A DNA stretch of 64,000 bases from Octopus vulgaris (GCA_951406725.2 OX597814.1:79980001-80044000), one strand, 5' to 3'. Shown: positions 13,755 to 27,734, counted from the first letter of the stretch. Made by a program: numbers and translations. Notes: generated by a model from the sequence alone, not told the origin.

Positions 13755-14165
13755 CACAATAAATTTAATTGCGCATTGGATAATCTTTGCATGACTCGTA
13801 ACATCGTCTATAAATGCACTGTTCACACGAGGGGAGGCCCTTATGAGTATGTTGGTGCAACGGCTGATTGTTTCAAGAATCGATATAGAAATCATGTTTC
13901 TAGTTTTAGAAAACTGAACAAGAGACACGTGACAACATTGGCGGATTTTTTATGTCAAATGAAAACCGACAAGATTAAATATGAGATTTCATAGTCAATT
14001 ATAAAATATGCAAAACCCTACAACACACATTCTAAGACCTGAGGATTGTGTTCTGAAGAATCTTTATCAATCTTGCTTACGAGGGAAAAGGTCATTAATA
14101 AATTAACTGAACGGATTACACGTTATTTACATGCCATGAAAGCCACATTCAAATATTACCACCCT
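13755..14165 (+). mobile_element. Penelope-like element, decayed C-terminal GIY-YIG endonuclease
   Basis: FNCALDNLCMTRNIVYKCTV..YVGAT..FKNRYRNHVSSF..TTLADFLCQMK..YEIS*SIIKYAKPY..LCSEE..INK.TE....LH matches the PLE GIY-YIG pattern (IVY..YIG.T..FK.R...H..SF, C.LC..EK, LN.R.E...C.H); in-frame stops present. Confidence 0.85.
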
Positions 14166-14747
14166 GAAAGCACAACACCAAACTGCCATAATCCACACTG
14201 AATAATGAACATCATGCTATCATTCCATACATTGCTAGTTGTCCATGGACCGGTGTGTGTCCATGTATTATGTATGTATGTATGTATGTATGTATGTATG
14301 TATATATGTATGTATGTATGTATGTTTTCATGTATGTATTTTTTTACACATTTCTTTTTATTTTATAACATTCGCAAGGCAATATTTTTATTTATTTAAA
14401 TATTAATTCATTAAATTTTATTGTATTTTCTTTCTTTTCCTTTTTTTCCTTTTTTTTATGTAGTTAACCTGTCATTCGAAATCGAAGTTTTACTTACGAT
14501 TCATCATTTGTTTCAATATATTTTCATCGTTATCATTTTTCCCGTTATTTTTTTTTTAGTTTCAATACATGTTTATTTATATTTTGTACTATTTATTCCG
14601 CTAATATATTTTAAGTATTTTATTTATTCTTTTAATTTCAATGTGAAAATGTCGCTTTTTATTACCATCCTCTGAGCTCCCTAAATTATATGTACTGGCA
14701 AAGGCTTTAAATTCCAACTAGTAACTTCAATTGCTTCTTTTTTCTTT

Positions 14748-14792
<45 letters not shown>

Positions 14793-15184
14793 ACTCTCAC
14801 TCTCTCTCTCTCTCTCTATTTATCTATCTCTCTATCTCTCTATCTATCTGTCTCTCTCTGTCTCTCTTACACTCGTTCTCTGTCTGCCCATCTCTCTCTC
14901 AGTCTGTCTATCTACCTATCTCTCTCGCTCGCTCTCTGTATGCCCCCCTCTCCCTCGCTCTCTCGCTCGCTTTTTATATCCCCCTTTTCTTGTTTCCTTT
15001 CCGTCTTTTCTGTACTTTAGCCTTTCGTTCTTCCATTTATCTTTTCTTCTTTTTCCTTCCTTTTTCTTTCATCTCTCCCTTCTTTCCATTCTTTTTTCTT
15101 GTTAACAAACTCTTTTTCTTTTTGTAATTCTCTTTTCTGTTTAGACAAGTACACACCAATACATGTATGTTTTTGTTACATATA

Positions 15185-15216
<32 letters not shown>

Positions 15217-15279
15217 AGTGTGTGTGTGTATGCATGTAAATACATTATATATGTTTGAATTCATACAAACATACAATAT

Positions 15280-15313
<34 letters not shown>

Positions 15314-15387
15314 GTACATATATATATATAATATATACATACATATATATATGCATATGGACATATATATCTATTTATATATGTATG

Positions 15388-15481
<94 letters not shown>

Positions 15482-15991
15482 AGCATCTATAATACATTTG
15501 TACATACATATCTTCCCAGGAGATAGATCACAATTAATTATTTTATGTGCGGGCATTAGTTTTATGATCAAAGAACAGTTTGCTTGGCGGATAAACTGTT
15601 TTATTTTGTCAGTTAATCTGTTTCGAACCCTGAGCAATAAACTAAAAGAGAAAGAAAGAAAGAAAGAAAGAAAGCGAGAGAGAGAGAGAGAGAGAGAAAG
15701 AAAGAGAGAAAGAGAGAGAGAGAGGTCATTTGAATAAAGCAGAATATAAATAAATAATATATGAGATAAAGTTAATAAATCTGCAAGTACATATAAAAAC
15801 TTATTTTTCTTATGTCATGGAATCAGTAAAAGCTAAAGCATTAATGTTAATATATGTACATGAATGTATAAACACATACATATATAAGTGTATACACGCA
15901 TATGTATATGTTTATGTATTAATGTTAAAGAATGGAAGACAAAATACGCAATACAAGCTGTAGAGTGTAGTTAATATTACAACTATGAAAT

Positions 15992-16163
15992 AAGGCGGTG
16001 AACTGGCAGAGTCGTTAACACTCCGGGCAAAACGTTTAGCGGCATTTCATCCGTCTTCATTTCGGGGTTGATAAAATAAGAACCACTGGAGTACTGGAGG
16101 ACGATGTAATCGACTTACCTTCTCCTCTGAAACTGCTGGCCTTGTGTCGAAAATTTGAAACCA
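15992..16163 (+). mobile_element. SINE family B
   Basis: aaggcggtgaactggcagagtcgttaac...aaaatttgaaacc, internally deleted. Confidence 0.85.
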
Positions 16164-16395
16164 AATTGCAACTAATCCGTTAGCTATATATTACTCGGAT
16201 TTTCGGCACAAATTTGAGCGTCTTTAGCTGAGCTTTATTCTTAAACAGTCGCAGATTTTTTTAAATAGTAAAGGAATGAAAAATAGATATATTTACTGGA
16301 GCTCATTTAATAAAATTAGCAAATCGAGTATCACGTGTCAATAACGAATAGCCGTTAAGCAATAGGAAGTCTGTATGTCTGTCAGATGACGAAGA

Positions 16396-16878
<483 letters not shown>

Positions 16879-17744
16879 AAAGGTCTTATAGATTGCATGA
16901 TCCCTCTGTTATTGTTGTTGTGTAGAAGTCAACGTTAGCTGAAGACATTCCAACTTACGGTTAAAGTACGAGTAAAGGTTAATATAACTCAACTATTGCG
17001 ATATATGTTTGTGTGCTTTTTGCATGATATGGCACAAAAATTTCGTGAACAAAAAGAAAATAAAAGGTTACTCACTACGAATTTAGAGCGTAATCCTATT
17101 TATTAGAAGCTCATACCTTCACTGTTATGTACTTTAATGCTAACATATCCGATCTAGAGATGTTAATGAATGTTGGTGTTAAATTGCCAGTGTAGACACT
17201 GCTATGAAAAGAAACCACGAACATGTCTCAATATAAAATAACGTTGTGATTACATATTGGAGACATTCATATTGCTTATATATCACATGTGTACGCCAGA
17301 GAAACCGGGTAACCGGCTCTATGCTCCTTACGGAATTACGTGGACTAGGGCAGTGCACCTGTTTAATTGGATTTATAAACTGTTTGGTTTATTGCTACGG
17401 AGCGTATGAACATATAAAAGGATTTTAAGGTTTTGAGACACACATATATAGTCCCACATACACACATATACGTACGTAGTACATACATACATTCATGCAT
17501 GCATTCATTCATATATAAAAACATACATACATATATGCATCCATGCATACCTACAAACATACACACAAACATACGTACACAGATGCATACATACAAACAT
17601 ACATACATGAATACATACATACATACATACATACATACATACATACATACATACATACATACGTACATACATACATACGTACATACAAGCAAAAGAAGTT
17701 CTGGAATAATTATAGATGTTATTGAATACATACACAAATATCAA

Positions 17745-18430
17745 CACAAGGAATACTGATAAAACATCTCCATCAAAAACTTCTGTCAAGTGTAAATATA
17801 GCAGACCGGTGAGTGTTGTTTGGGACAGACAAGAAAAATGTATGGACTATCATAGAGATTAGTTGCCCTGCTAATGTGACTCTCACTTTTATAAACAAAA
17901 AAAATGAAAGGACAACTAGGGATAACTGCTCCGAAACCACTTGCTCTTATATCCAAATTATTAATTCACATTAAGAGAAAGACCCCACTTCGGTCATGAA
18001 TGACCATGGGATTGCACCTAGAATGTTCCCCTCCAAGACACAAGTCTAGGCAAGGTTGTTTACGGAAGACCAGTAGTCACCCATGAATACCAACCTCTCT
18101 TCTCCACGCTACCGATGTTATCCAAGGGAAAGGCAAAACCCGATACAGCTTGGCACCAGTGACGTTGCAACTCATTTCTTCAGTTGAGTGAACTGGAACA
18201 ACGTGAAATAAAGTGTTTTGCTCGAGAATTCAACACACAGCCCCGTCCGGGAATCAAACTCGCTACCCCCTGATTGCAAGCCCGATGCTCTAACCACTGA
18301 GCCATGCACTTTTACATTTATACCAATAATAATTGGTGCACCTCCCACATTACAAATATAATCTGTGAGACATTAAGAATATACAAAACATTACTCAAGT
18401 TTAAGATGGGGCATTGGTTTTGTTACCCGT
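17745..18430 (+). mobile_element. Decayed R4/Dong-like non-LTR restriction-like endonuclease region, split by a SINE
   Basis: KEY**NISIK/TSVKCKYSRP..VVWDRQEK..IIEISCPAN..LLRN..LYPNY, resuming after the SINE as IPIIIGA (RPD...E.SCP, IPIIIGALG motifs). Confidence 0.7.
17975..18313 (-). mobile_element. tRNA-derived SINE, third family
   Basis: Minus-strand head tgcatggctcagtggttagagcatcgggcttgcaatc...gagtttgattccc (A/B boxes); the same head occurs on the plus strand at 41995. Confidence 0.85.
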
Positions 18431-19104
18431 ATTCCAAAGTTGAGACTCCTTCCTCAGAGTAGGAATTCAAAAACTCAGAAACAGAAAAGGACATACACAC
18501 ATAAAAAAAACATGCATTCTTTTTCGTAGATGCATATACAGTGAATAACTAAAATCTGTTGGAATGTAAAACTGGTGAACAATACATATTAAAAGAAAAT
18601 ATGGGACGATGGACACAGAAATGTTGGTAATAGCTGATCAATGTTAAAATATAGATGATTAAATTTTTTTATCTGATGAAAAGTAGAGGCAATAAAAATA
18701 AGTGATTAAAACTATAAATGTATCTACACATAAAGTTTGAAAAATAAATGTATAATTAAAACATATACGCAATTTTTAAATTACGTAATTTTTAAAAGTG
18801 GTAAAGAAAAGCTGATAAAAATGGATTAGGAGCGGAATGGATAAAAAAATGCGTCTTGTAAATCACTGTGATGTTTATCAATCAAACACAAAAATGATGC
18901 TAAGTGTTACGGGGTTATATCTAAAACGTATTTTCTCAGTTTGGTGTATAACAGGCAACGGAGCCTAAATGCAAAATTTCCATGACAATATGGCTGTGCA
19001 ATCGCATAGGAGAGATCAAGTAATTATGAACGTGTAATCAGACGTTACTTTGATAAAAGAGTCATAGGATGGGTCTTTGAAAAATTTACGAGAGTATGTG
19101 TGTG

Positions 19105-19144
<40 letters not shown>

Positions 19145-19212
19145 CGTGTGTGTGTGTGTATATATATCTTTTGGGGAATTTGTTCTTAATGTACATATGT
19201 AGCTATAAATAA

Positions 19213-19405
19213 TGGTTTCAAAAGATTTCAAATTTTGCCACAAGGGCAGCAATTTTGGGGGTGGGGATGAGTCGATTACATCGACCCCAATGTTCAATTG
19301 TTGCTTATTTTATCGATCCTGAAAGGATGAAAGGCAAAGTCGACGGGCGAAATGCCGCTAAGCGTTTTACTCTGTGTGCTACCGATTCTGTCAGTGCGCC
19401 GCCTT
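19213..19405 (-). mobile_element. SINE family B
   Basis: Reverse complement of the 7992-8199 type, internally deleted. Confidence 0.85.
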
Positions 19406-19821
19406 GATGTAGCTATGAATAATAACGCGTAAATATTTGGCTGACAAACGCTTTTGAATTAGAAGCCGAAGTCTACCGATGAGACTGGAACCGACATGTC
19501 CTGTAAACATGACACGTGTTCTACTATTGTACCAAAGCGTTCTTTCGAATTTCTTTATCCATTTTAGGAGCTTTGTTCTTGTCAACGAAAATTGTATGTC
19601 GTTGAGATCACAAAGAATGATAAACTTACTAGAGAACGAAGAATGATTCTCTTTTTGGGAGTGTTTCTCGAAATACATATACAGCTATAAATAACAGCAT
19701 GTAAATACTTATGACGTCACCAACAAGCAATTCCAATTGGTAACAATTAAGTTTCATATATACATACATATATACATACAGACATACATAATGCGTACAT
19801 ACATATATATATATATATATA

Positions 19822-21459
19822 CTAGCATTATGACCTGTCGTTGCCGGGTCATAGTGCTAGTGCATGTATATATGTGTATATATATGTGTACATATTACAT
19901 GTACATCTATATGATTGATTGATTGATTGATTCTAGTTTCAGCTTATGAGCTGTGGCCATGCTGGGGCACCGCCATATATAAACATCTACACATAAAATA
20001 CAAAATACAAAGTTATATCTTGATATCGATAGTGATAACAATACTCAAAATATATAACAGACTGGAATGGTAGGGCCGTCTCTTGCAATTTCGATCAATT
20101 GTATCTTGTCCTCCCTCTTGTATAGAAGTGTGGCTACAATCCAGCCTACCGCTACTTCTGGGGTGGGGGGAATATTTTTGATTTTTATCCGGGACATCCT
20201 ACGTCCCAGATATAAAGGTGAAAATAAAATATTTCCACTTTGCAAGGTTCGAGTCGAGTACTCTCTTGCACGCTCCGTTGACTCGAACCTTACTTCTATT
20301 ATCTAACCGCCTCTGGTTAGATATCTTTCATAGTCGCACCAAGATACTTTTCGATTGTGCTTTCCTCCAGGTGTTCAAATCTTTTTTCTCTACATTGTAT
20401 ACTTTATAGACAATAGACTTTTCTTTAATTTAATTTTTTATTTCGTTTGGTGGTGTTATCCTAGATTCACCGTCTTTGTCGTTGATCAACCCGAAACAGG
20501 TTTGTATTTCTTCCATTTTAATTTTAATGAGTTCGCGCCCGCCGACGGCTGCAGCGAAATTCATTTTTGGACTTTCTTCTATCAAAGGCATTCTAACAAA
20601 AATGCTTCCGTATAAACGGTGAAAATATTGTCAATTTCCCCAAACAGGGACACAATTCAATTTTTAAACAATAATCAAAGCTATTTCTCACAAAGGGGGA
20701 GGGTTACAGTTTACAATTATTTAACAAATGCAACACAACAACGTTTCCCTTACGAGAAACCAACAAACGTGATAACAATAGTTAAACAGTAATAATAATA
20801 ACAACAAACCTGCAGTTGAAGCTATAGTCCTTTATGTATAAGAAATAAACCAACAGCAGGACTCAGTAGAAGCGGCTGTTCGAGAAAACAGACATTATAT
20901 ACAGCCAAACTTCATACAGATACTTAATGCTAGCTAATTAGCAGATAATCTAATGTAAAAGCCGTGGTAAATGGTATGTGAACAGCTCCATCTGGACTAT
21001 TCCATTTCTGCACTTATTTATTCCCATTCATGTGAAACCACTTATTCAAGTTCAAGTCATTGATGCAATTTTATACCAATTGCTATTTTTACTTTTAATT
21101 GTTATGTTACGATTTAATTATTATATTATACTTTAGTTTGATTTTAATTATTACTTACTACATATAATTCAATTGTTATTATTATCTCTAATTTTTATTG
21201 TTAAAGTGAAAGTATCTGACATAAAATAGAGAAATGCTTTTGTTTCACTTTTAACACGTAATACTGAAATAGTGGAGAAAATACGATATTGCTATGGGCT
21301 CGCCCTAGGCAAGAAGTTGAACATTTTTTTTGCCCATGAAACTACATGGACCCTAAGTAAGGCATATGTAAAATTTGAATGAAATTGGTTGTGTAGTTCT
21401 TAAGTTTTAGGGATTGACACAGACAAACAGACAGACAGACATACACACATTCTCAGTTT

Positions 21460-21470
<11 letters not shown>
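19822..21470 (-). mobile_element. Non-autonomous Helitron-like element carrying nested inserts
   Basis: Minus-strand 5' region tatataaaataaaactgagaatgtgtgtatgtctgtctgtctgt...ccaatttcattcaaatttt; 3' GC-rich hairpin gacccggcaacgacaggtc followed by ataatgCTAG|T in TA context. Linking the two ends is an inference. Confidence 0.6.
20065..20900 (-). mobile_element. 5' UTR plus ORF1 N-terminal fragment of a Tx1/L1-like element
   Basis: ILFSPLYLGRRMSRIKIKNIPP.PEVAVGWIVATL resembles ILFLPTYCEKKLTRAWICGLPPGIEPEWIEDTI of the 52110-54239 element. Confidence 0.6.
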
Positions 21471-21494
<24 letters not shown>

Positions 21495-21498
<4 letters not shown>

Positions 21499-21953
21499 TG
21501 ATCTTTCTTTCTTGGTTCGGCTGTCGTCAGTGCAACATCTATATTCCTCCCTGTGCCTGTGAACTGCTGTATCCCTGCCGTAAGGCTTTACTTCCACACA
21601 CACTAGCTTAATTTAATTCGTTCTTAGTCGAAAGACACCTGTTGTTATGTCCTTTATTTGTATTTGTATAACATTCTCCGTTTTTTTCCGTCCGTGTTTA
21701 GGTATACATTCGCTGCTTTCTTCCAAGGAATCTAATTCCCTTAGCTTAGTTTTTCCTTGTGGCTCGCCAGATTGGAGCAATCTCGAGTATAACCAGCCTA
21801 AATTGCAAACATAATCTGGAACTCGACTGAGGAAAGAAAACTCCGGATGACCCGACCTTATTTTCTTTGTATTATCTATCTGGATGTTTTGTTGTCCCTT
21901 TCTTGTATCACATAACTCTTTGGGTGTGTTGCGTTCTTATCCCATTTTGTATT

Positions 21954-21955
<2 letters not shown>
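21495..21955 (+). mobile_element. (TA)n-flanked non-coding repeat family D, longest copy
   Basis: Bounded by TA arrays on both sides; high identity to 63490-63657(-). Confidence 0.7.
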
Positions 21956-21988
<33 letters not shown>

Positions 21989-22004
21989 TGTGTATGTATG
22001 TATA

Positions 22005-22403
22005 TACTCTTTACTCTTTTACTTGCTTCAGTCATTTGACTGCGGCCATGCTGGAGCACCACCTTTAGTCGAGCAAATTGACCCCGGGACTTATTCTTTG
22101 TAAGCCCAGTACTTATTCTATCGGTCTCTTTCGCCGAACCGCTAAGTGACGGGGACGTAAACACACCAGCATCGGTTGTCAAGCAATGCTAGGGGGACAA
22201 AAGCAGACACACAAACACACACATATATATACATATATACGACAGGCTTCTTTCAGTTTCCGTCTACCAAATCCACTCACAAGGCATTGGTCGGCCCGGG
22301 GCTATAGCAGAAGACACTTGCCCAAGATGCCACGCAGTGGGACTGAACCCGGAACCATGTGGTTGGTTAGCAAGCTACTTACCACACAGCCACTCCTGCG
22401 CCT
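22005..22403 (-). mobile_element. SINE family A, full-length young copy
   Basis: Head aggcgcaggagtggctgtgtggtaagtagcttgc...gggttcagtccc (A/B boxes), internal TA/TG tract, 3' ggtgctccagcatggccgcagtcaaatgactgaa and an (AAAGAGT)-type tail. Confidence 0.92.
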
Positions 22404-22984
22404 ATATATGTATGTATATTTATATATATATATACATATGTATGTATGTATGTATATTTATATATATATATACTTATGTATGTATGTATGTATGTATGTA
22501 TGTATGTATGTATGTATGTATGCCATTTCGGTGCGTTTAGAAAAGCTGACCACGCGTATTTAGTTCCGCCCTAGTTGTTTCCTATTAAACCAACGTCATC
22601 TTACGTTTCGACACAGTAACGAGAATGATAAAAGGAAGGCCCTAGTAAAAGATTATGATAGATTGTATATAAATGACTAAAAACCTTAAAGAATAGATGA
22701 ATGTGTGTGTATGTGTGTGTGCGTGTGTATGTGTGTGTGCATGTGTGTGTGTGTGTGTATTTCAATTATTAGTATGTCTTAATATATGGGGAAAAAGTAA
22801 GTGCGCTCATACTCTTTTTGTCTAAGTATGTATATACACATGTGCAAGCGTGTGTTTGTACATCCCTACAAGTTCAGTAGCCTCTTTGTTACACATTGTG
22901 TATTGAATGTGTTGGTGCTTATTATCGTTACTGCTGTTGTTGCCTCGTTTTCCAGTATAGAAACAGCCAGGAGCATATACTAAT

Positions 22985-23725
22985 AAACAACAGCATAGAC
23001 GATGTCTTATTTTTGAAAACAAACTGAAGAACAGGTAACCTACATAGATGATATCACGATAAGTTGTAAGACGTAGAACATAGAAAAATTTATCTCAGTT
23101 CTTAAAAGTTACTAGTAAATCGACATTGAATAACGATAAATGTAAATTTTCAAGTAAATACATTTGTATTCTGCGTTATCAAATTAGCGCTAACAACCAC
23201 TCAATTTTAATTTGAATGAAAGAAATTATCGTGTCTCTTAATAAACTAATCTTATCTTGTATGATTGATCTATTCACTTATTATTCTTGATGTGTTACTC
23301 GCTTCTCTGAAATAATAAGAGCTCTAATCAATGTTCATTTTCTGCTCTCAGGAAAACTAGTAATGGCAATCAATGACTTTGGAACAGCTGTCTCGGTATT
23401 AGCCGAAACTAAAATAGACAAGCATATGCAGTTTACCATCAAAATGTGTACATCTGTCGCCGTCTTATGAGCTACTCTTAATCAATATGGGAAGTTTGTA
23501 GCATTCTTTAACTATCATTAAATTCTAACGAGGAAAATCGTTTTGCGTTAGTAAAAGAAGCTTATACAATGTTTGAAGCTGTCAAAAAGTGGCACGCCCT
23601 CTTTTTGGGGGGTAAAAGATGTCTGCTAGTGAGTAATCAGAATGCAGTTGTTTGTACATTAGAGATAACCACATAAATAAGATTGAATATGAGAAGCTAT
23701 CACGCTGGCGAGAAGAACTTATTCT
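22985..23725 (+). mobile_element. Decayed Ty3/Gypsy pol fragment (RT to RNase H)
   Basis: TYIDDITI at 23038-23061 (YxDD), LNNDKCKF, ATLNQYGKFVAFF, EENRFALVKEAYTMFEAVKKWH, KIEYEKLSRWREEL; matches Gypsy RNase H motifs (Q..RPVAFFS, EKEA.AIVEA.RKW, RWR.EL). Confidence 0.8.
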
Positions 23726-23769
23726 GTCTGATACACAATAGAATGTGTAGTTCTACTAGTTGGAAATAG

Positions 23770-24545
23770 AATCCCTTTTGAGAAATGATACCTGGATATA
23801 GTCGATCATTTCCGGTCCAAAACTCTACTGAAAGCAGAGGTTAAGATTTTGGCCATGGTACTGGCAAAGAGAGACGCGCCTCTCGTTGATAGTTTCGTTG
23901 ACTAGGCTCAAATAAGCGCGATACCAAACATATATCCACGACAATATTCATTCTAGGCCATACATAATAATGGAGGATTAGTTAGAAATTTGGCTCCAGT
24001 GGGGCCCTGATCAATTTGGATTAATTGATAAGGCCGCATATCATTACTTGGCAGTTATTCTCAAACCAGCTGGTTTCGATCAGTTGTCAGGAGCTGAATT
24101 GCAGCAATTTACACTAGGATCTGTTCGGTGCCCAGTGACAACGGCCAGCTCTCTGGTGACTTCTCTTGCATTTTCTATATTTCTATAAATGCTGGCGCTC
24201 GAGTCACAACAATGAAGACAAGAGATATTGAGGAGCATCCATTTCGAACAGGAACACGAGAGGACTGTGTCATAGTATACGAAAGATATCACTTTAAAGG
24301 TCTCAGACGCCACAGAAATGGAAATAGTGAGCGACATGTTAAAGGAATACAAGGCAAAGGCAGAAGCAACGATCAAATCAGATAATTGATAGGCTTGCAA
24401 TTCGGCACCTGGAGAGTGAAGTCAATGTTGTCGGACAGCGTCTTGGGATGTTAAATTGACAGACATCTTAAATTGATCGAGGTCTAGTTTTGCTTGACCA
24501 AATTGGAAAGACTTCTCTTCGGTTTCCTGTATATTGGATTTGTTC
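23770..24545 (+). mobile_element. Decayed Tx1/L1-clade reverse transcriptase fragment
   Basis: FRSKTLLKAEVKILAMVLAKR (cf. WRPITLLN.DYKILAKVLA.R), AQISAIP, HDNIH, GALINLD, NGQLSGDF, MLALE; frameshifted. Confidence 0.8.
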
Positions 24546-24618
24546 CACAAGTAAGGCAGCACATCCGCTACCCACAACCTCTGAAGAATTCTTAGAAGTC
24601 GTGCTGGTCAATGTGTTT

Positions 24619-24693
<75 letters not shown>

Positions 24694-24739
24694 GTTGTCG
24701 TCGTTGTTATTATTATTATTATCATCATTATTATTATTA

Positions 24740-24806
<67 letters not shown>
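24619..24806. repeat. Compound (ATC)n/(ATT)n trinucleotide array
   Basis: Read directly; source of the poly-I, poly-S and poly-M ORFs. Confidence 0.95.
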
Positions 24807-25544
24807 CGAAAATAAAAGGAATTATTAAATCTATAAATTTCAGAAACTGCGCTTGCTTTTACTCATTAGTGTTTCAGGGTTGACCTTAACTTCGCATCAA
24901 TTCAGCTCCACAAAATATGTTGTTTTTATCATTTTCACAGCTCCAAATCAACCATAATCAGAAAGAACTGGCACGAAAGACGCTCCAGCCATGAGTGTCA
25001 AGCCGTTATTTTTAAAACATTATGTAATATGATAGTGTTGTGTAATTTCATGCAGATTTAGCTACTAATATTAAGAGGCCGAACTGCAAATACTACTGAA
25101 GGTTGACTTTGCCTTTCAGGGTCAACGGAATTTGGAACATTTGAGCACTGGGGTCGATATAGTCGGCATACCCTCCCGAAAAAATTGCTGGCCTTGTGCC
25201 AATATCAGTAAGAACAATTAAGAGACCGAACGACCAAACACAAACATTCCCGATGGCGTGCCATAAAATATATAATGTTCTAAGGTCGATTCAATAGGCT
25301 ATACCCTTTACCGATAAATCTATGACCTTATTTCAATTTAAGAAATAATTATTTTAATTACTACCATGTTCGTGTATGGAATTCGATTATAAACCAGAAG
25401 CATTATATATACGTATAATTTCTCCCGCCGAGCAGTGATCTATTGATCTCATTTTAAACATGGGAGAAATGAATATATTCACATATTCACTGTCTATTTG
25501 GCCTACTGGTCTGTGCTCTGTCTGACCATCCATGCATTTGTCAG

Positions 25545-25623
<79 letters not shown>

Positions 25624-25657
25624 GTCAATCTATCCATTTATTTATCTATCAATCTAT

Positions 25658-25710
<53 letters not shown>

Positions 25711-25903
25711 GATATGTGTATATACATATATATATATACGCATATGTGCATGTGCATATGTATATGTAAATACACACACATACATGCAAACACATGAAGA
25801 GAGAGATGAATGGATGCATAGATTAGTAGGTACATTTAGGTAAAAATATAAGCTTGTGTGTTTACATATAGATATTATCCATACACAATTACATTATACA
25901 CAC

Positions 25904-25947
<44 letters not shown>

Positions 25948-26340
25948 ATACATATATATATGTATATATACATATACATCTATATCTCCCACTATGTATA
26001 TATATGTATGAATGTGTGAGTGTGTGTGTGTGTGTGTGTGTGCGTGTAGAGACGTATGTATCTTTCTATGTATGTATGCATTAATGGTATTTGTTATTCA
26101 GAAAACTACACTAAGTCAAACTAAAAATAACTTGAGCAAACTCAGACAACCACCATCAGGAAGAATTATACACGGTTAATAACAAGCTGATTGTAAAAAC
26201 TTCGATGCTTTTCTTAGATTATCAGAGTTAGTGTGGTAAGTCATTGCCTAATCAAGCTTAAAACTTCGTTCAGAATCTTGGCTCGATCTCTCTCTATTAC
26301 GCCTACATCACTAATGTTCGTATGAAATATGTTCAGTTCA

Positions 26341-26870
26341 TATATTCCCATTTACCCGCTAATATAAATCTAAAGTTGCTTCAGGTTTGATAACAATACC
26401 GTTAATTTATTATTTAAATACTAATAGTCATACTGTTCGCACATAAGTATATATATATATAATATCACATAATATAATATATAAATGTACATATATATGT
26501 ATATTATACTATATTATATATATACACACACAGTACTCATATATGCGTGTATATGTACATGTAGAGGTAGGTACGTACTATATATGTTTATATATATGCA
26601 TATGTTTTATTTCATTTATTAATATATTTATTAAAATTTTATGTATTGATTAAGTCTTTCCTTGTTTGTTTTGCAAAATAGTGGTTTTGTCTCAAATAAT
26701 ATTTTATATATATATATATATATATACAAACATGTGCGTTGATTCAAACAGGAAAAATAAAACTCAAAATATGAGCATATGTATATTTTTATAAATATTT
26801 AGCAGAAGTAAGAGTGTGACTCAAGGCCTGAGAGCCACACTGTTACTTCTACTAAATATTAATATATGTA

Positions 26871-26913
<43 letters not shown>

Positions 26914-26928
26914 GTATGTATATATATG

Positions 26929-26960
<32 letters not shown>

Positions 26961-26980
26961 CATATATATATACATATATG

Positions 26981-27040
<60 letters not shown>

Positions 27041-27054
27041 TGTATATATATATG

Positions 27055-27086
<32 letters not shown>

Positions 27087-27104
27087 CATATATATACATA
27101 CATT

Positions 27105-27140
<36 letters not shown>

Positions 27141-27282
27141 TACATATATTAATATTTAGTAGAAGTAACAGTGTGGCTCTCAGGCCTTGAGTCACACTCT
27201 TACTTCTGCTAAATATTTATAAAAATATACATATGCTCATATTTTGAGTTTTATTTTTCCTGTTTGAATCAACGCACATGTT

Positions 27283-27320
<38 letters not shown>

Positions 27321-27597
27321 TAAATGAAATAAAACATATGCATATATATAAACATATATGTACGTACCTACCTCTACATGTACATATACACGCATATATG
27401 AGTACTGTGTGTGTATATATATAATATAGTATAATATACATATATATGTACATTTATATATTATATTATGTGATATTATATATATATATACTTATGTGCG
27501 AACAGTATGACTATTAGTATTTAAATAATAAATTAACGGTATTGTTATCAAACCTGAAGCAACTTTAGATTTATATTAGCGGGTAAATGGGAATATA
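26341..27597. repeat. Large quasi-palindrome centred on (TA)n
   Basis: 26341 tatattcccatttacccgct... is the reverse complement of ...agcgggtaaatgggaatata 27597. The arms match through unique sequence (tgactcaaggcctgagagccacac / gtgtggctctcaggccttgagtca). Confidence 0.95.
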
Positions 27598-27652
27598 TAT
27601 ATATATATAGCGGGTAAATGGGAATATATATATATATATATATACATATATG

Positions 27653-27730
<78 letters not shown>

Positions 27731-27734
<4 letters not shown>

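Noticed and set aside
18590-19000. Possible very old mariner N-terminal relic
   Set aside because: Only faint motif echoes (WI, ITG.E-like); too decayed to support.
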